Part shown: positions 39,700 through 53,600 of the stretch, in pieces | Numbering within the stretch: the stretch's first letter is position 1 | Layout of the letters: each line of letters opens with the position of its first letter | Assembly (NCBI GenBank): GCA_040954595.2 | Contig: CM082586.2 | Coordinates: 4,012,349-4,076,348 of the forward strand | Source: Balanoglossus misakiensis | Taxonomy: Eukaryota; Animalia; Hemichordata | Reading direction: 5' to 3' | Length of the DNA: 64,000 bases | The notes under the pieces: generated by a model | What the model was told of the DNA's origin: nothing | The model's input: only the letters and a program-made list of their open reading frames with translations | Database searches by the model: none | Made by a program: the position numbers and the translations under genes

Positions 39700-40523
39700 A
39701 TCGACCTGTACTGGTAAGGCCTATGCGAATTTTCAACGAAGCCGTGTTTTTTTCGTCCTGAAGCCCTAGCGCCAAGCTTGCTGTAGACGTCGATTTTCTC
39801 CAGCGCCGTTGACAATCGTTGAGTGCCACTGCCACGCAGCTTTTTGATCGAGTAGCCGTGTCCCACGATTGCCTGTGGCTTTTTTTCCTGTGTTCAAGTG
39901 TGGGATCGCCAATCCTGGAATGTTCTTCACTTCAGTTGCCTGATCGGTTACCTTCAGACAAAGCGGTGTTGGACTCTCTCGTGAGTGTTTGACCAAACAT
40001 ATTCTGTGACGCTCAGCAGCATCTGCCTGTTTGCTCATTTGTGTTGTTGAAATAACACGACCAAATACTCCACCAAACTTCCAGAGCCATGAACTACGTG
40101 AATCGTACATTCCAGATGTCCGTACTTTGAATAACATCCAATCAAGACAGATCGCTGGTAATGGATTACTGAAGAACTGGGTTTGTAATCAAGGGACTGT
40201 CGATAGAGTTGGAGGTCACACAAGCCTGTGTACAGTGATCGGTCAGACTTTTTCGTTGCTTTCAAAAAATATTATTTATCCGAAGTTTGTGTTTCTGTTT
40301 TGCTGATATACTGTTGACACTTAAGTGGAAAAGGACCTGTCTGCGAGGTGTTCCAGACTGGAAGTGCGAATTTTCGTTATTTTTCCAAGCGTAATTGCCC
40401 TTTTTGGAGGCCATCTTGGTTGAGTCACCGCAGAGCAGTACAGTGGAGGTCAAGTTTCCCTAATCCAATCCAAACAGGCTTTACCTTGCACGGTACCCTT
40501 GAAAATATATTCTTATTTCTCAG
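39700..40523 (+). promoter_or_regulatory. Probable promoter and non-coding first exon of Vangl
   Basis: CpG-enriched stretch with no credible ORF, ending in a consensus donor CAG|GTAAGT at 40523/40524; matching acceptor at 48549-48550 just before the Vangl ATG. The 5' boundary is a guess. Confidence 0.45.
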
Positions 40524-40906
40524 GTAAGTAAACGGATATACTGGCAATGTTTATGAAGATGTTGATTTTTTAGTGCGAACCAGTAAATTCCACAAGGTTT
40601 CACTAAAGACAGAATTTACAATCACTTCTACAGTACTCTAGCATTATTATAGGTCTAACCTTGGGTTACAAAGTGAAGGAATTTGACACAGTTTCAGTAT
40701 GTAACACTCGGTTTGATTCATTATAATGCTTCTCCATACCTCATAATGAGGAAAATGGTTGGTCATACTGTGAATCAGGCTTCTTAATCTTGCAGTCTAT
40801 GATCAAAACTAAGTAAGGCTCTCATTTTTGGTAATTCTTTGTGTTTATTTTGTGTTCCTCTTTGGTTACATTGCTATTACAATATGCTGAAGCACCCATT
40901 ATTTGA

Positions 40907-41035
40907 CTTGTCAACACAGCCTGCATATGCATAATTGGCATTGTTATCATCAACAATTGAATTCAAGTCCGGACTTTCATTCAATTGTCAACAAAAACAA
41001 TGCTAACTACTCATCTATGCAGGCTGTGTTTACAT
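40907..41035. repeat. Imperfect palindromic dispersed repeat (centre AAGTCCGGACTT); partial second copy at about 61290-61370
   Basis: Arms AACACAGCCTGCATA / TATGCAGGCTGTGTT around AATTCAAGTCCGGACT; the same core recurs at 61293-61308. Confidence 0.55.
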
Positions 41036-41122
41036 GCTGAATAGAGTATTTCATTATCCTGTGGGACTACTGCAATTCTTAGAAAATGGTAAAATACTAG
41101 TGAAAATACACTTTGGAATATA

Positions 41123-41949
41123 CAGGGTTTTACATGACGCGCATTTCTGCGTCCTTTACGCACAAAACTGGGCGTGGGACCCGTCAAAAACTAAACCATG
41201 CGTCCCTTGGGACGCATGAAATATGTCTGTTGTTGAGACCCTTGTTGCGCGTTTCCTGATATCTAATGGGTGTACGCGTACACAGAGAGTCAATTAAACA
41301 GTTAATGACCTTATGACCTGTAATCGATACTGATAACAGTTTCATAGCAAACTTGTAGCAAACTTGGTTTATTGTTGAATTTGATACAGTTTACGTACAC
41401 GCAGTCACCCTCTTGGGAATTATAAGTTACACTGCGATATCACGCCTATATCGCACTTTGCTGTGTGCAAGCAGTGAACTACCGTGACTCCTATTGCTCT
41501 GAAACCGTCCATGAGTACCAGCAGTCTTAGTTTTGTTGAAAACCCTGAACTTAAACTTTAAATATATAGATTCAGCTGCAAATTTCTCGAATAAGACTTT
41601 AAGAAGACCAAGTTGAGTGTACATGTACTGGTATTCTCCATATTATATGCTTTAGGTCAAAGGGTCAATCATAAGGTGATGTTCAAGATGGGACCCCTAG
41701 CCATACTACAGTTGATCTTGGAATTACTCCCTATATCTTGTAGACATTATCATTTTATGATTTGGATTGGTATTGATTCTTACAACCGTTGCCCATTCAC
41801 AGAAGGATTTTCTAATTTCCAGCATTGATAAAATGATAAAATATTCTGGTGAAATAAATTGGGACCCCCATGGTTTGATGTAGGACCCCCATTTTTCAAC
41901 ACTAGGAGTCCCAGGGACTCCCAAAAGTAAAAAGTGATGTAAAACCCTG
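41123..41949. mobile_element. Non-autonomous DNA transposon with CAGGG termini (hAT/P-like) in Vangl 5' intron
   Basis: TIR CAGGGTTTTACATGAC vs GTGATGTAAAACCCTG (15/16 match); subterminal GGGAC/GTCCC motifs at both ends; flanking AATATA on both sides. Confidence 0.7.
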
Positions 41950-44900
41950 AATATATAAGTTTGCATGATTCATCTCACATGGTTAAGATGATGCCAGACT
42001 CTATGTAATCACGTTAGTTCAGGTTTAGGGAGATGACATCATTTCTTGCTGTGGTGTTACTGCATGTTCTCATCTGTACAGAATTATGTTTATTAGAACC
42101 TCAAGCGAAGAAGCATGATTGTATGACATTGACATGTTTCGTATTCGTCTGTTTCTCATACAACAATAATTATGTACAGTCTTCATATGCAGAGGGTTCA
42201 AGTGATAAAAATGTGGAATTCATCAGCAGCAGAAAAGTCTTGTTGCTAGGCACATTCACACACTGGGCATGTTCACACATCTTGCCATATTGGTGCTAAA
42301 TACCATTGCAAAGTCTCTTACAAACCCCTTTCACACCTTGTATTTAAGGCTAATGTAGGGAGATTCACACCACACACCTTGGTCATTTACAGCCTTGCCA
42401 AAAACAATGTCAGTCCATGCTTTACACATGAATTATTAATTGTGCATATATGCATTGGAAGTTTTATGAGGTATCTGTTAATTTATTCATTTATTGGAAC
42501 TGAAGTGGGTTATGCAGAGCTATTTCACACATGTGACGAACACACCTGTGAAATTTGTGCTCGTCATTTTATACATCTGACTCGCACACAGAACATCAGT
42601 AATAGCCTTTTCTCCTCAGACTAGTCAAACTCAAACAAACATAGTTATATGTACAGGTAGGATGCAAATTAAAGCTCAAAACAGACTCGATAAATTCAAT
42701 TATATATTGAGATGTTGCTTTATCTTGTCGGTAGATTGATGTATACAAGGATCACTATTATGACATACATGCCCACAAATTGACCTTCCTGTAATGGCGA
42801 AATTCCTTTCGTCATCGAAAATGTAATTTTGGGGGTTTTGTGTCATTGTGAAAATTTATTGCTGGCGAACATATTCCGTTTTACAGTAGTCTTTCTGTGA
42901 CAGAGTAAAGCGTGACTAGACTGAGACGGAACGTGCTCAGATGCATTCAGATCACAAATTATTTCCAGACTGGCAGATTTGAAAATCCCCTGCTGCTGTG
43001 AATGAAGCCCAAGAATGTAACTGCACGATCTTGAATATACAGACGCGAATTGTACACATTTCAAATAATGAGATTTCAGAGACTCCGATGTAATTGATAC
43101 CCGGCGAATTATTGGATACACAGAAATGTACATCTGAGAGGCAATATTTCAAACCACGCGATACACGACGTGATAGAGAACATTCCTGGATCAAAATATC
43201 GTACTGATAAATTGTGTATGTTTGACAGTGAGACAAGTAGTGCATTTTTACAGCGTACTAACAGATGCTGCTCAATATTTGATGAGAATAGAAAGTGTAA
43301 TGGCTGTATTTTTGCCCTCAGATATTTCTCTGTTAATTCCTGTGTACTTAAGGATACCGAAATTGACTGTTTATAGAATCATTGAACTCATATTGTATGT
43401 AGGATAGTCATTCTCTTTATTGTATGTTCATTAGGTCATTTACATATTTATCATTTTCATAATCACATTACTAGTCTAACTCTGTAACTAGTATGTGGAG
43501 TGTCTCGTACTAACCGTAGAAGAAATGTTTGAGATGTCAATCGACCTGGTGTAAATATTTTGATGTTAAACTGTGAAAGGAGGCATCTTGTTTTCTTGAC
43601 TTGTAGCCGTCTTGAGGCTTGCACTCGTACAAGCCCTGCTGTGTCTTGTAATGGAGTGCATTTTGTCGCTGTCGGTACAAAGTGAACATTTTTGACAATC
43701 TCAGTCAACCCCCCCATGTGTGTAGATAAATGTCCCGTGTCAAGGAGAGCCTTTGTGTGTTTATTTCAGTGCTATCTGTGACATGCCATGTTGATTTAAT
43801 GAGGGCCATGCAGACACACTGAGTACTCTGCTATCAGTTTGTGTGTCCCAAGGAAGCCATACAAACTGCAGCCAACAGAGAAAAATGAAGCATCGCCCAT
43901 ATTTATGTACACATGAAAGTTAATATTATTACCCGATTCAATCATTAGCAAGAGATACTGTAGGAAAATCAAGGCCCAGCAGTTGAATGGAAATTTATGG
44001 TAGTTACTCCCCCGTTCTCTCGGCCAATTTGGCTTCAAGCGGATTTGACAGGGACTTTAATTAGCAATTGTTTCTGACTATTGATTCTGTCCCTTAGTGG
44101 TTTCCGAGTAGCCCCGCGGCTTTTCAGCCGGGTAATGATTGTAGCGAAAAAAACAACACGGCCGTGTCATCTGAATCTCCGCGAAAGTCTTTTGATGTAA
44201 ATGGACTCAATGCCGAACTGGAGGAATGTCCATGCATAGAGTGTTGCACGGGTCAAATTGGCATTCATGAGTGCGTTGAAAAGCACTTATTCACCTGTGG
44301 GGCTTGTCATTCTCTCGGAGAGACATTTACAGGGTTTCTTGTTTGACCAAGGTCGTATCGGTGGCCTCTTTCACCACACTCCAGTACAGCTGCACTGTGC
44401 GGATTTGCCCGTAAATAGGGGCGGGTAGTCACCGACACCGGTAAATGGGGCCACTCTGAATTCATCCTAACTGATGCTTCAGCTAATCCGCTGTTCACAG
44501 TTGCTGCGCCCGAACGAAGCAAGCGTAATATATGCACATGTCATCAGTCGTCGCGTCAGTTTCATGAAATACGCATTCTGTGCGCCATGAAACGAAAAAT
44601 AAAAAATCCACCATTCACGGTTCTAATATAATAGAGCAATTAAACTGTGTACCAGTGATTCACACCACTTCCTGCCTGTCAAACATTGAAACTGGGATTT
44701 CTCACACAATGGGACACATCCTTTGTGTACAAATGGAAAATGCACCCACATTTTTTGGAGGGGGGGGGGGGCACTGTCTCCTCTTCTGTATGTGGTCCTG
44801 GATTTTGTAATTTTGTAAATTCTTCTTGTTACACACAGCTTTGCAGGTGCCATGGTTGAGGGGCAGATGTTTGAAATGTGGTAACACTAACAGTCTATCC

Positions 44901-47221
44901 TTATTATACATGTGTGCATATTACTGATGTTTTGGCTGGAAGCTGTCGGTACAGTCATGAATAATGCACTGAAGTGTATCTATGTGCATATATATACCTT
45001 GGCGGGGATTAGACCCAGCATCAAAATAGCATAGCAGAATACAAATATTTTGGCCAGGAGCAAAAAACACCAGCTATTGTATTTTCTTCACGGTTGAAAA
45101 TGTCTGTTTCTACCATTTCCCCTTTTTGTGTGTTAATCCTCACTCCAGAATTGACCGCATCCCTTTCGCGTTCCGTGTACTCCATAGTATTACGAGATTT
45201 GTGCAAAGTAGCAAGCCCAAGCCAACACATCAACGTTGCAACTGTCTAACAACGTATACATGCAGTCAAACTCACTAAAACATTATTTTATTGGATGTCA
45301 ACAGACCATTAATTTTACTTGGTGTGGCAGTAATGATGTTTTAAAATCTACGAGCACTTTAACAGCTAGTCATGTTAAATGAAACATTTTTACTCCTTTC
45401 AGAACACCCTGCACTAGGAGCATAGTTTAAACTCTGAGCAACACCCTCTACCCAAAATATGAGCTCTGATGATTTATAATTGGCATTTTTCAATAATTGA
45501 TTGCCCTATAGAAAGATTGTTAAATGTTACAGTGCCTTTACTGCTAACAAGGAGTGTATAGTGATACCCAGTGTGTAGTTCGTAACACAAGCTGTGTATT
45601 GAAATATATGCCATATGAGATAGAGTGGATTTCAGCATTGAGTTGCTCGTAATTTCAGGACTGTGTATGTTGTGTCCAGACCACTTTGACTTCTGCTGTG
45701 TTTTTACCTTTAGTGTTGACCTCAGATTGGCTGTGTCTCAGGTTCAGCTATGAACCTTTGCAGTTTTGACTCTAATCCGTGCATGGCTGCGACGCCGGGA
45801 AAATGCGCAACAATTTATGCGTCTGGAGACGTGCTTGAAGACACTTAGGGGTACAAACCACGCTAATACAGTGGAAGGATGCGTCCATAGTTGACAGTAA
45901 AGAAGCACTAATGAACATTTGACCACTGTCTTCGGGATATCATCGATTGAACAGTTGGCACTAATTACTGCTTCGGGTCAACATGTATGGCCGCGGGTCC
46001 TAGGGTCTCTCGCTTCAATGCTACATGTATACTTTGCATGGCCTTTTGCATGCCTGCTTCATCAGCCAACTAACGATCTTAGTGTAGAACTTTCTTTTAT
46101 GCTAATCTTTGATCTGAGATACGGCCATGGCGCTCATGAGTCTGCTCTGAACAATGCTGTCCCTGAAACAAGAAAATGTTCTATGTTTACTTGCCTGTAA
46201 AAAGATACATGTAGATATGAGAGAAATTTAAATAAGGGGGTTCCAACTAGACAGGTTACACGTCGTATTTAGGAACCAGTATCGGTCTAAAATCTGGGTC
46301 CAAATGGACAGCTACTGTATATATTGCCCTAAATTTTAGTCGGATTGACGAATGTGAACATTTTACATTTCTAATAATAGATTTCCCAAATCCCTGTTTA
46401 TTGATACTCACTGTAAGATTCGATTTTCATGAACCCATAAATTTTCAAGTAATTTCGGGATTGCGAGAACTATGTTGACAATTTGATGTGAGAAGCAAAA
46501 TGAGAATTGGAAAATTGAATTAGAAACACAGGAAGGCGACATTGAAAGCATATCCTCCATTTGCCAACAATGTGTCTATTCCACTGTAATTGACCTGTGC
46601 TGCGATTGGACTCCAGTGTTCCCAAGTAATGTGCGAAGTAGGGAAAAGGCATTGTCGGGGGAAGTGAATGGGGCTCACAAAAAAACCCGTAATTGATAAC
46701 ATTACTGTTGGATTTGAAAGGGCCAGCATGTATGCGTAAAACATGACAATGAGGTCACTATCTCTGGTGTTTGGATATTCACAATACGCCATCAATGCCC
46801 CACACACTACGAGCACCAGCTTTTCTTGTTACACGGCGCACATTTGCCATTCATTTTGTACCAGTCAATACTGAAGACAGCCCAAGAAAAGTTTCACCAG
46901 CTATTCAAATACTAATCTCCCAAGAATAGAATCCGCTAATCTGACCTTGCTGAGATGGCCCCAGAAATTAACACTGCAGTGTACATGTATGTATCAATGG
47001 CGGAATTGTCGGTACGTTTGTAATCGATCATCTGCACTGGAAAGTGATATCTGAAGAGTCAAACTCGAAAAAATGTTACTGCCTGTTAATTTTAGATTAT
47101 TCTATTTTTCCATTGCCTGTAGTTCTTATTATAGGTGTTGGCATGTCACCAATAAAATTGGCTTGCAGCCATACAGTCTGTGACATAGTTTGAATATACT
47201 AGTATACATGCATACACGATA

Positions 47222-47305
47222 CACATACATACACACATACATACATACATACATACATACATACATACATACATACATACATACATACATACATACATAC
47301 ATACA
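47222..47305. repeat. (CATA)n microsatellite
   Basis: About 20 CATA/CACA units; smaller CATA/CATC tracts at about 9875-9920 and 51385-51405. Confidence 0.95.
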
Positions 47306-48577
47306 TGTACATAATATGCAGCAACCAGAGGATGTGGAAAAAACCTGACATTTTCCTCTGTTGTGTAATCTGACAGTTAAAGTAGTTTATTAACACCTCA
47401 GATGTGAATGTGACAGTTACAGGAAGTCATTAGTGTGCAGTATATGTCATTCCTTGGATTAGAATTGTAAGAGTTGAATTCGATCTGACTGCGTTTAATC
47501 AAACCGTGCATCATTTTAGGTCAAGGTACTTAGGTACACTGCATATCAAATCGTCGCGTCTTCATCTGTATATATTAATGGAAACATCATTTGAACTAAG
47601 AACTTAAGAATATTGAGTCCAATGGTAATAATTAAGGAATTCATATACTTTATTTAAATTAATCAGTGGAGGTGAAAAAAAAATAAAAAAATTGCGATTC
47701 GATACCGTTGTATTCAGTGAAATGAAACACCAAGTGATTCAGGAACCGACTTCGTTCTAATGAGTCATACAAAGCCAATTTACATGTTTCACCACATTTA
47801 TGTTACATTTGATGGTGAGGTCAAAGGTCACTTACGTGACGCAGTGACAGGTCAGACTTTTAGTTATGTGATAATTGGCCTGCCAGGTATTTGTTATCAT
47901 GGCCGATTACTTGTCAGCGAGTGCAGACTGTAATAGGTTTACTGTGTCATGTCAGCTTGGAGAATTTTATTTACTGTCCCTGCATTCAGTATAAATTAAT
48001 AAAAAAAATATATTTTCCTGGTTAACCTCTCTTCCAATGAAAAAAAAAGGTGAATAATGCATAAATATATTTATATTTTAAAAATTACAATTTATAAAGG
48101 TTTTCAATTTAGTCATGTTTCCATGACTCTGCTGTCTATGAAATGATGCCAACACTGTTCAGATCTCCATTATTTAATTCTCGGCCCAAAATTTTCCATG
48201 TTGCCATGGCGACGGTTCTGCAGAAACCGCTCATGCTGAAGCCGGGGGTCGGAGGGCATAGCGAAATGTAATCACATGACTTAGTGAACGTCGCTTTGCG
48301 TTTGGTAAATTGTAGCCAGAGTGATGTGAAGCCTTTTATGTGTGATCTTGCAAGTAATGTTTTGGTGCGACTGAGGGATGGAGATTTTGAATGTTCACCA
48401 GAGTGCAAGCCCAGCTATGACAAGGAGAAGCGATAAGATATAAAAAAATATGATAAAATGAAGTTCTAATAATAATGCATGTTGAAGATAATGTTATTGC
48501 AATCTTGATATTATAGACTCAAATATGTAGTGTGTTGTTGTTTCTTGCAGATGACTTCTTTGTAAGTGGTAGATATA

Positions 48578-50655
48578 ATGGACAGTGATTCTGGACACTC
48601 GCGGAGTAGCCACCACTCCTCACATTCCCACCGCAGTCGGCGCAAGGACAAACACCGCGACAAATCGCGAGACCGGGACACCGACAAGGAATCCGACCGG
48701 GAGCACGGACGCCGGCGTTCCCGGTCGCGGGACCGAGACAAGCATCGCGATCGTGATCGTGATCGAGACCGCGAGGACCGAGGCCACGAGAGCGATGCCA
48801 GCCATCGGAGTAGGAGTCGAGGGGGCGAACGCTCGGTAACCATTAGAACGCCTCCAATGGTTACTGATGAAGAGAGAGGTGAAGATGAGGTAAAGGGTGG
48901 TTTTAAATTCTCGCTCTTTTTCACTCTTTGTAATATCCTTTAATCTCACTTCCTGGGAAAAAAATCTCTGAAATTTTTTGTGTGGAAAATCTTGGAAAAT
49001 CATTCAGTTGTCCAAGACATGATCATCATGTGGTTACCTGAATATGGCCAGTCATTCAATATAGTCCTGTCAGAACTCATCATCGGTGCATAGGTTTAGC
49101 TGCAATACAAATGGACATCCCCTTTTGTACTTGTCCACAAATGTTGTGATGATTTCCAGGTAACAGATCTATTTACCTGGTCATATATTTTTGTCTTTTT
49201 TTTTAGGTAATTGAAGTTCAGATCCTACCTCAAGATGACAACTGGGGAGAGAATACAACCGTCATCACAGGGGCCACGTCTGAATACAGTATATCCAATG
49301 AAGACCTCACGCAGTTTGCCAAGGATATGGAAGCCAGCGTGGGCTTCGACTGCAGCCGTTACATCGGCGGCATCATCGCGCTACTCCTGGGAATTGTGGC
49401 GTTTTTGACCCCCATTGCGTTTGTCATTATTCCGCTGATTATTTGGGACACGCACGAGTGTGCGGCGGTCTGCCAGGGACTCCTCATCAGTTTCTCGTTC
49501 AAACTCGTCATTTTGCTCATCGGCAGCTTCGCGCTGTTCTTCCGCAAGCCCAAGGCCACCATGCCGCGCGTCTTCTGGCTGCGCGCCGTGGTCATGCTCC
49601 TGATCGTCGTCTTTGTGGTCGCCTACTGGCTCTTCTACGGATTCCGCATCGCGAACACCGGCCCGACGAACCAGGACCCCTCGACCAGCACGGACGCGCC
49701 CGTGAAGAAGTCGGACTACTACGAGAATTACGAGAGCGTCGTGGCGTACTCGCTGTCGTTGGTCGACGCGTTGCTATTCATTCATTACCTGGCCATAGTG
49801 TTGTTGGAAATCAGACAGATCACGACGCAGTTCACCATCAAGGTGATACGGACAAGCGACGGGGAGAGCCGCTTCTACACGCTGGGCCACCTGAGCATCC
49901 AACGGGCGGCTGTCTGGCTCCTGGAACAGTACTACCGCGACTTCCCCGTGTACAACCCTTACCTCCAACAGCTCCCGTCGTCGCGCGCCTCCAAGCACAT
50001 TTCCAGTTTCAAGTTCTACGACGTAGACGGCGGGGTGAACACCACGGTGACGGGGCGATCGCGGGCGATCCTAGCGGCCAACGCCCGGCGACGGGACGCG
50101 GGCCACAACGACCGCTTCTACGAGGAGCAGGAGTACGACCGGCGCGTGAAGAAGCGCAAGGCGCGCCTGACGGTCGCCGCCGAGGAGGCGTTCACCCACA
50201 TCCGGCGCATGAACGAGGAGCACGGCCCGGCCAACCCCATGGATCCCTACGAGGCGGCCCAGGCCATCTTCCCCTCCATGGCGCGGGCCCTGCAGAAGTA
50301 CCTACGCATCACGCGGCAGCAGCCGCGCTGGACAATGGAGTCGGTTCTCAATCACCTTGCAAACTGCATTGGCCACAACTTCACGCCCAAGGCCTTCCTC
50401 GAACAGTTTTTCAATCCGGGGCCACCCATCCTGGAGCATATCAGGGAAGGGCGGGAGAGCCAACAGTGGGAGTTGATTTGTGACCAGATGGCTAACTGGC
50501 CGCTCAAGAGCAACACGTCGTTCATGATGCGACAGGGCGACGTGGCGCTGTTCGTCTACGTCATGGCCATACCGCATTTCCAAGTGGCAGAAGAGGCTTT
50601 TGACCACAAGAACAATAAATTTGTCTTGCGTCTGCAGTCGGAGACATCAGTTTAG
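48578..50655 (+). CDS. VANGL: Van Gogh-like / strabismus planar cell polarity protein, about 586 aa
   Basis: Exons 48578-48889 (MDSDSGHSRSS..) and 49207-50655 (VIEVQILPQDDNWGENTTVITG, 4 TM helices, RRRDAGHNDRFYEEQE, C-terminal PDZ-binding ETSV*). Confidence 0.97.
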
Positions 50656-53600
50656 GAATGCCACAACCCCCAAGTGACCAAAAATGGCCATCTTTACTGA
50701 ATATATATATAACGTAGTCTAGCCTGTCAGTGTCGTTTTTGTGTTTCCAGTATAAGCTGTTCTGTGGACTTGTCTTGTGGTAAAGTACAGAGAAGTATTG
50801 ACATGGGGAAACCTTAGTATTTTCCAAATTTGTCGCAAAATCAATGTAGAAATGTGACGAAAAAAATTAAAAATGACAAAAATAATATGTGGGAGTAATG
50901 TAAGATAATGTCATCTCCATAGGCTGTAATCTAGTATCCTTGTATTGCATTTCAACAGACAACGTTTCCTGTTGTCTATGTCTCAGTTTTTTTTCAAAAT
51001 TGAGAAAATAATATGAAATTGTCGATGTTTTTATGTAACTGTGGGACGTTCATGAAACGTCATGTGACTTTCTACAGTTTCAGTTTTAATTATTATTGTA
51101 ATGAACTCGCTTCAATTGTTGTGATTTTGGAATGAAGTTGAATATTAATTAACCAAATATCATGTGTTGTGGCCGTGTTGCCAAATCAATGCATTCATCG
51201 ATTTAAAATAGATTCAACATCGTGTAACTGTAGTAGGGATTATCAGCAAATGTAGATGGATAGGATGTGATATTCAGCTACCAGCATTGTATGAACAAAT
51301 ATCAGAAAGAAATCTATGTTCATGCCTTATGGCATTGTTCTTGCAGAAATAGTGTTATGACGGGGGTGTCATCTAGCCATCGCCATCCATCCATACATAC
51401 ATACATGCATGACAGTCCAATGACCTTTCTACATGCAATCTCTACATCTCTTCATTGAAGTTCTCAGCTATTTTCACATAGCTTATAAAAAAGGTGTATG
51501 TTTACATGTGATTTTTGACGCTAACTTTGAACAAGGAACTAGCTGACACACTGAGTGTATTACATGATAGTTGTCCAGCCGTGGGTGAAACTTGTTTGTG
51601 TTGTTACCCCCAGTCCAAGAATTTGTCCGCGTATGTCACACCAAAAAATCACTAGAATATAGATGTATTGATGTGTAATTAAGTCCTGTCTCTTCGTACA
51701 GACAGAATACTCCCTGATTCCAATTTCAGAATCCATTTATCGAAATTTAATGGTTTTCTTTTGTATAGCTATTGAATACCATGATCATCTCTGTACTTTA
51801 AACTGCAGTATTTTAACAATTTTCTTAAGAAGGACGTAGCAAGTGTAACGTTTAGAGTTTTGTTGGGTATATTTTGGAATTTATCAAATCTTGCAGAAAC
51901 AAATGCCTTAAGTCAGTTTCTTTCAGATATTTTTGTTACCATTATTTTTTAAAACTTAGTATTTTTTTCAATATTACACTGGTATATTTTGTTCACATAG
52001 ACATTCTCCAGGGAGAAAAAAATGAACTTTGTATTTTGTGTTCGTGTATAAAAGGAAAGACAATCGATGGTTTGGTGTTATCTTTCCTCCAGTGGAGTCA
52101 TAGCTACCCTTACCTGTCAAGTCATTGTTATGTAAATTACCACTAGCTCTTTTAACAATGTAGTCGTTTAATGTAATTTCGAATATTTTAATCTTCAATT
52201 TGGAGAAAAAAAATGAACAGAATTTGTAATTTGCTTGTAGTCGAGACAGAGGTTTGGTCAAACTAGTTTTCAGGTCATTAGCTGCAGTGGAACAGTGTGA
52301 TGGATTCTCAGTGGACAATCTCTGTTGCAAGACTGGGTGTATAAATCTTGCCAGCGAAATGACTAGATAATGGTGTTGATCTTGACCCTTGACCCTGCGG
52401 CACGCATACCGTGAATTCCCTACTGACAGTTTTGTATTTGTGCATATGTGAATTGGCGTTGACGTCTATAATCAGTGGGTGAAGATTTCCATGATCACGC
52501 AGTATATGTGGACCACATGAAATGTATTTGTGTGTTGCAGTGCATATTAATGCGACACCAGGCAACATTTGACTTTGTACTGTTTGTAACGTCGGTCTTT
52601 TGATACGTCAATACTGTACTGTTTTTTTTCTATCAACGAACGGCGAGATACGACTGTCAATTAATTACAATGCCTTGTGCATAAGCAACTAATCACACAG
52701 TACAACCATTTCCTGATGTATTTCTTGGCAGTTTGAATCACTGCAGAATTTATGAAAACCTGTTTGTTGCAAGTATTATGTACGTTGTATAACAATGAAT
52801 GGGAACCTCACAGACCATTCCTGAACGACCGCTGTTGACTTCATCTTGGATATCTCCCATCTCCCCCCTTCTCCTCCGCAGTTCCGTAACATCACTTGTA
52901 AGGATTTGTCTACTGTATTTTGTCTTCCTAGCGATTCTCCACGAAACACTTCATGACTTGCTGTACATGTATATTCCAACACCGATACTCGACGCTAGGG
53001 AACTCAGGGGTGAAAGGGTTAAATCGTGTCTGAGAGTATATGGAACCATTTGTGATTACAAAATGGTCAAATCACACACCAAGTGCATGGTTAGATTAGC
53101 CAGTTTGGTTGTGTAACAGAGGAAACATCCTGTTATTTTTATGATCAATGCTGCTTGCAGTCGATTGAAAAACCAAACAAAATCGTGCATTGTGTGTTGA
53201 CATCTAAGAAGGACCAAATCAGTGTGTGTATTGATGTTGGAATACTGTAAACTAGTGTAATAAAATTTCAATTTGGAATTCAAAAGACTTCGAGCATAGT
53301 TTAGTGGCCCAGCAAACGAACACAATGACACCAGACAGTGGGGGCAGTATGTACATGTAACATTGTATTCCTTCTCAATGTGAGAGTGTATTTCGTCAGA
53401 GGTGTTCTTTGCTAGTATTTTGTAAACTAACGATTTCACCATTATGCCATTTTCTGCACAGTATGTCCTAATAAACAGTAACAGCTTGTATGTACTCCAC
53501 TGAATTGCCTGCCTAATCTTTTAACATAACATAAAAACTTGATGGGATGAGGAAGCAGGATTTATTTTTGTTGTTCCAGGATCTCTGTCTCTTCTGGTAT

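Noticed and set aside
39599-40306. Cluster of short ORFs upstream of Vangl
   Set aside because: No protein motifs or consistent splice pattern; better explained as promoter/5' UTR.
48551-48580. Possible non-AUG N-terminal extension of Vangl
   Set aside because: An in-frame TAA lies five codons upstream of the ATG.
49443-50483. 346-aa overlapping ORF inside Vangl
   Set aside because: Arg/Gly/Pro-rich frameshifted reading of a GC-rich CDS; no independent evidence.
52990-53022. piggyBac-like end (..GGGGTGAAAGGGTTAA)
   Set aside because: No matching opposite terminus found, so no element can be delimited.
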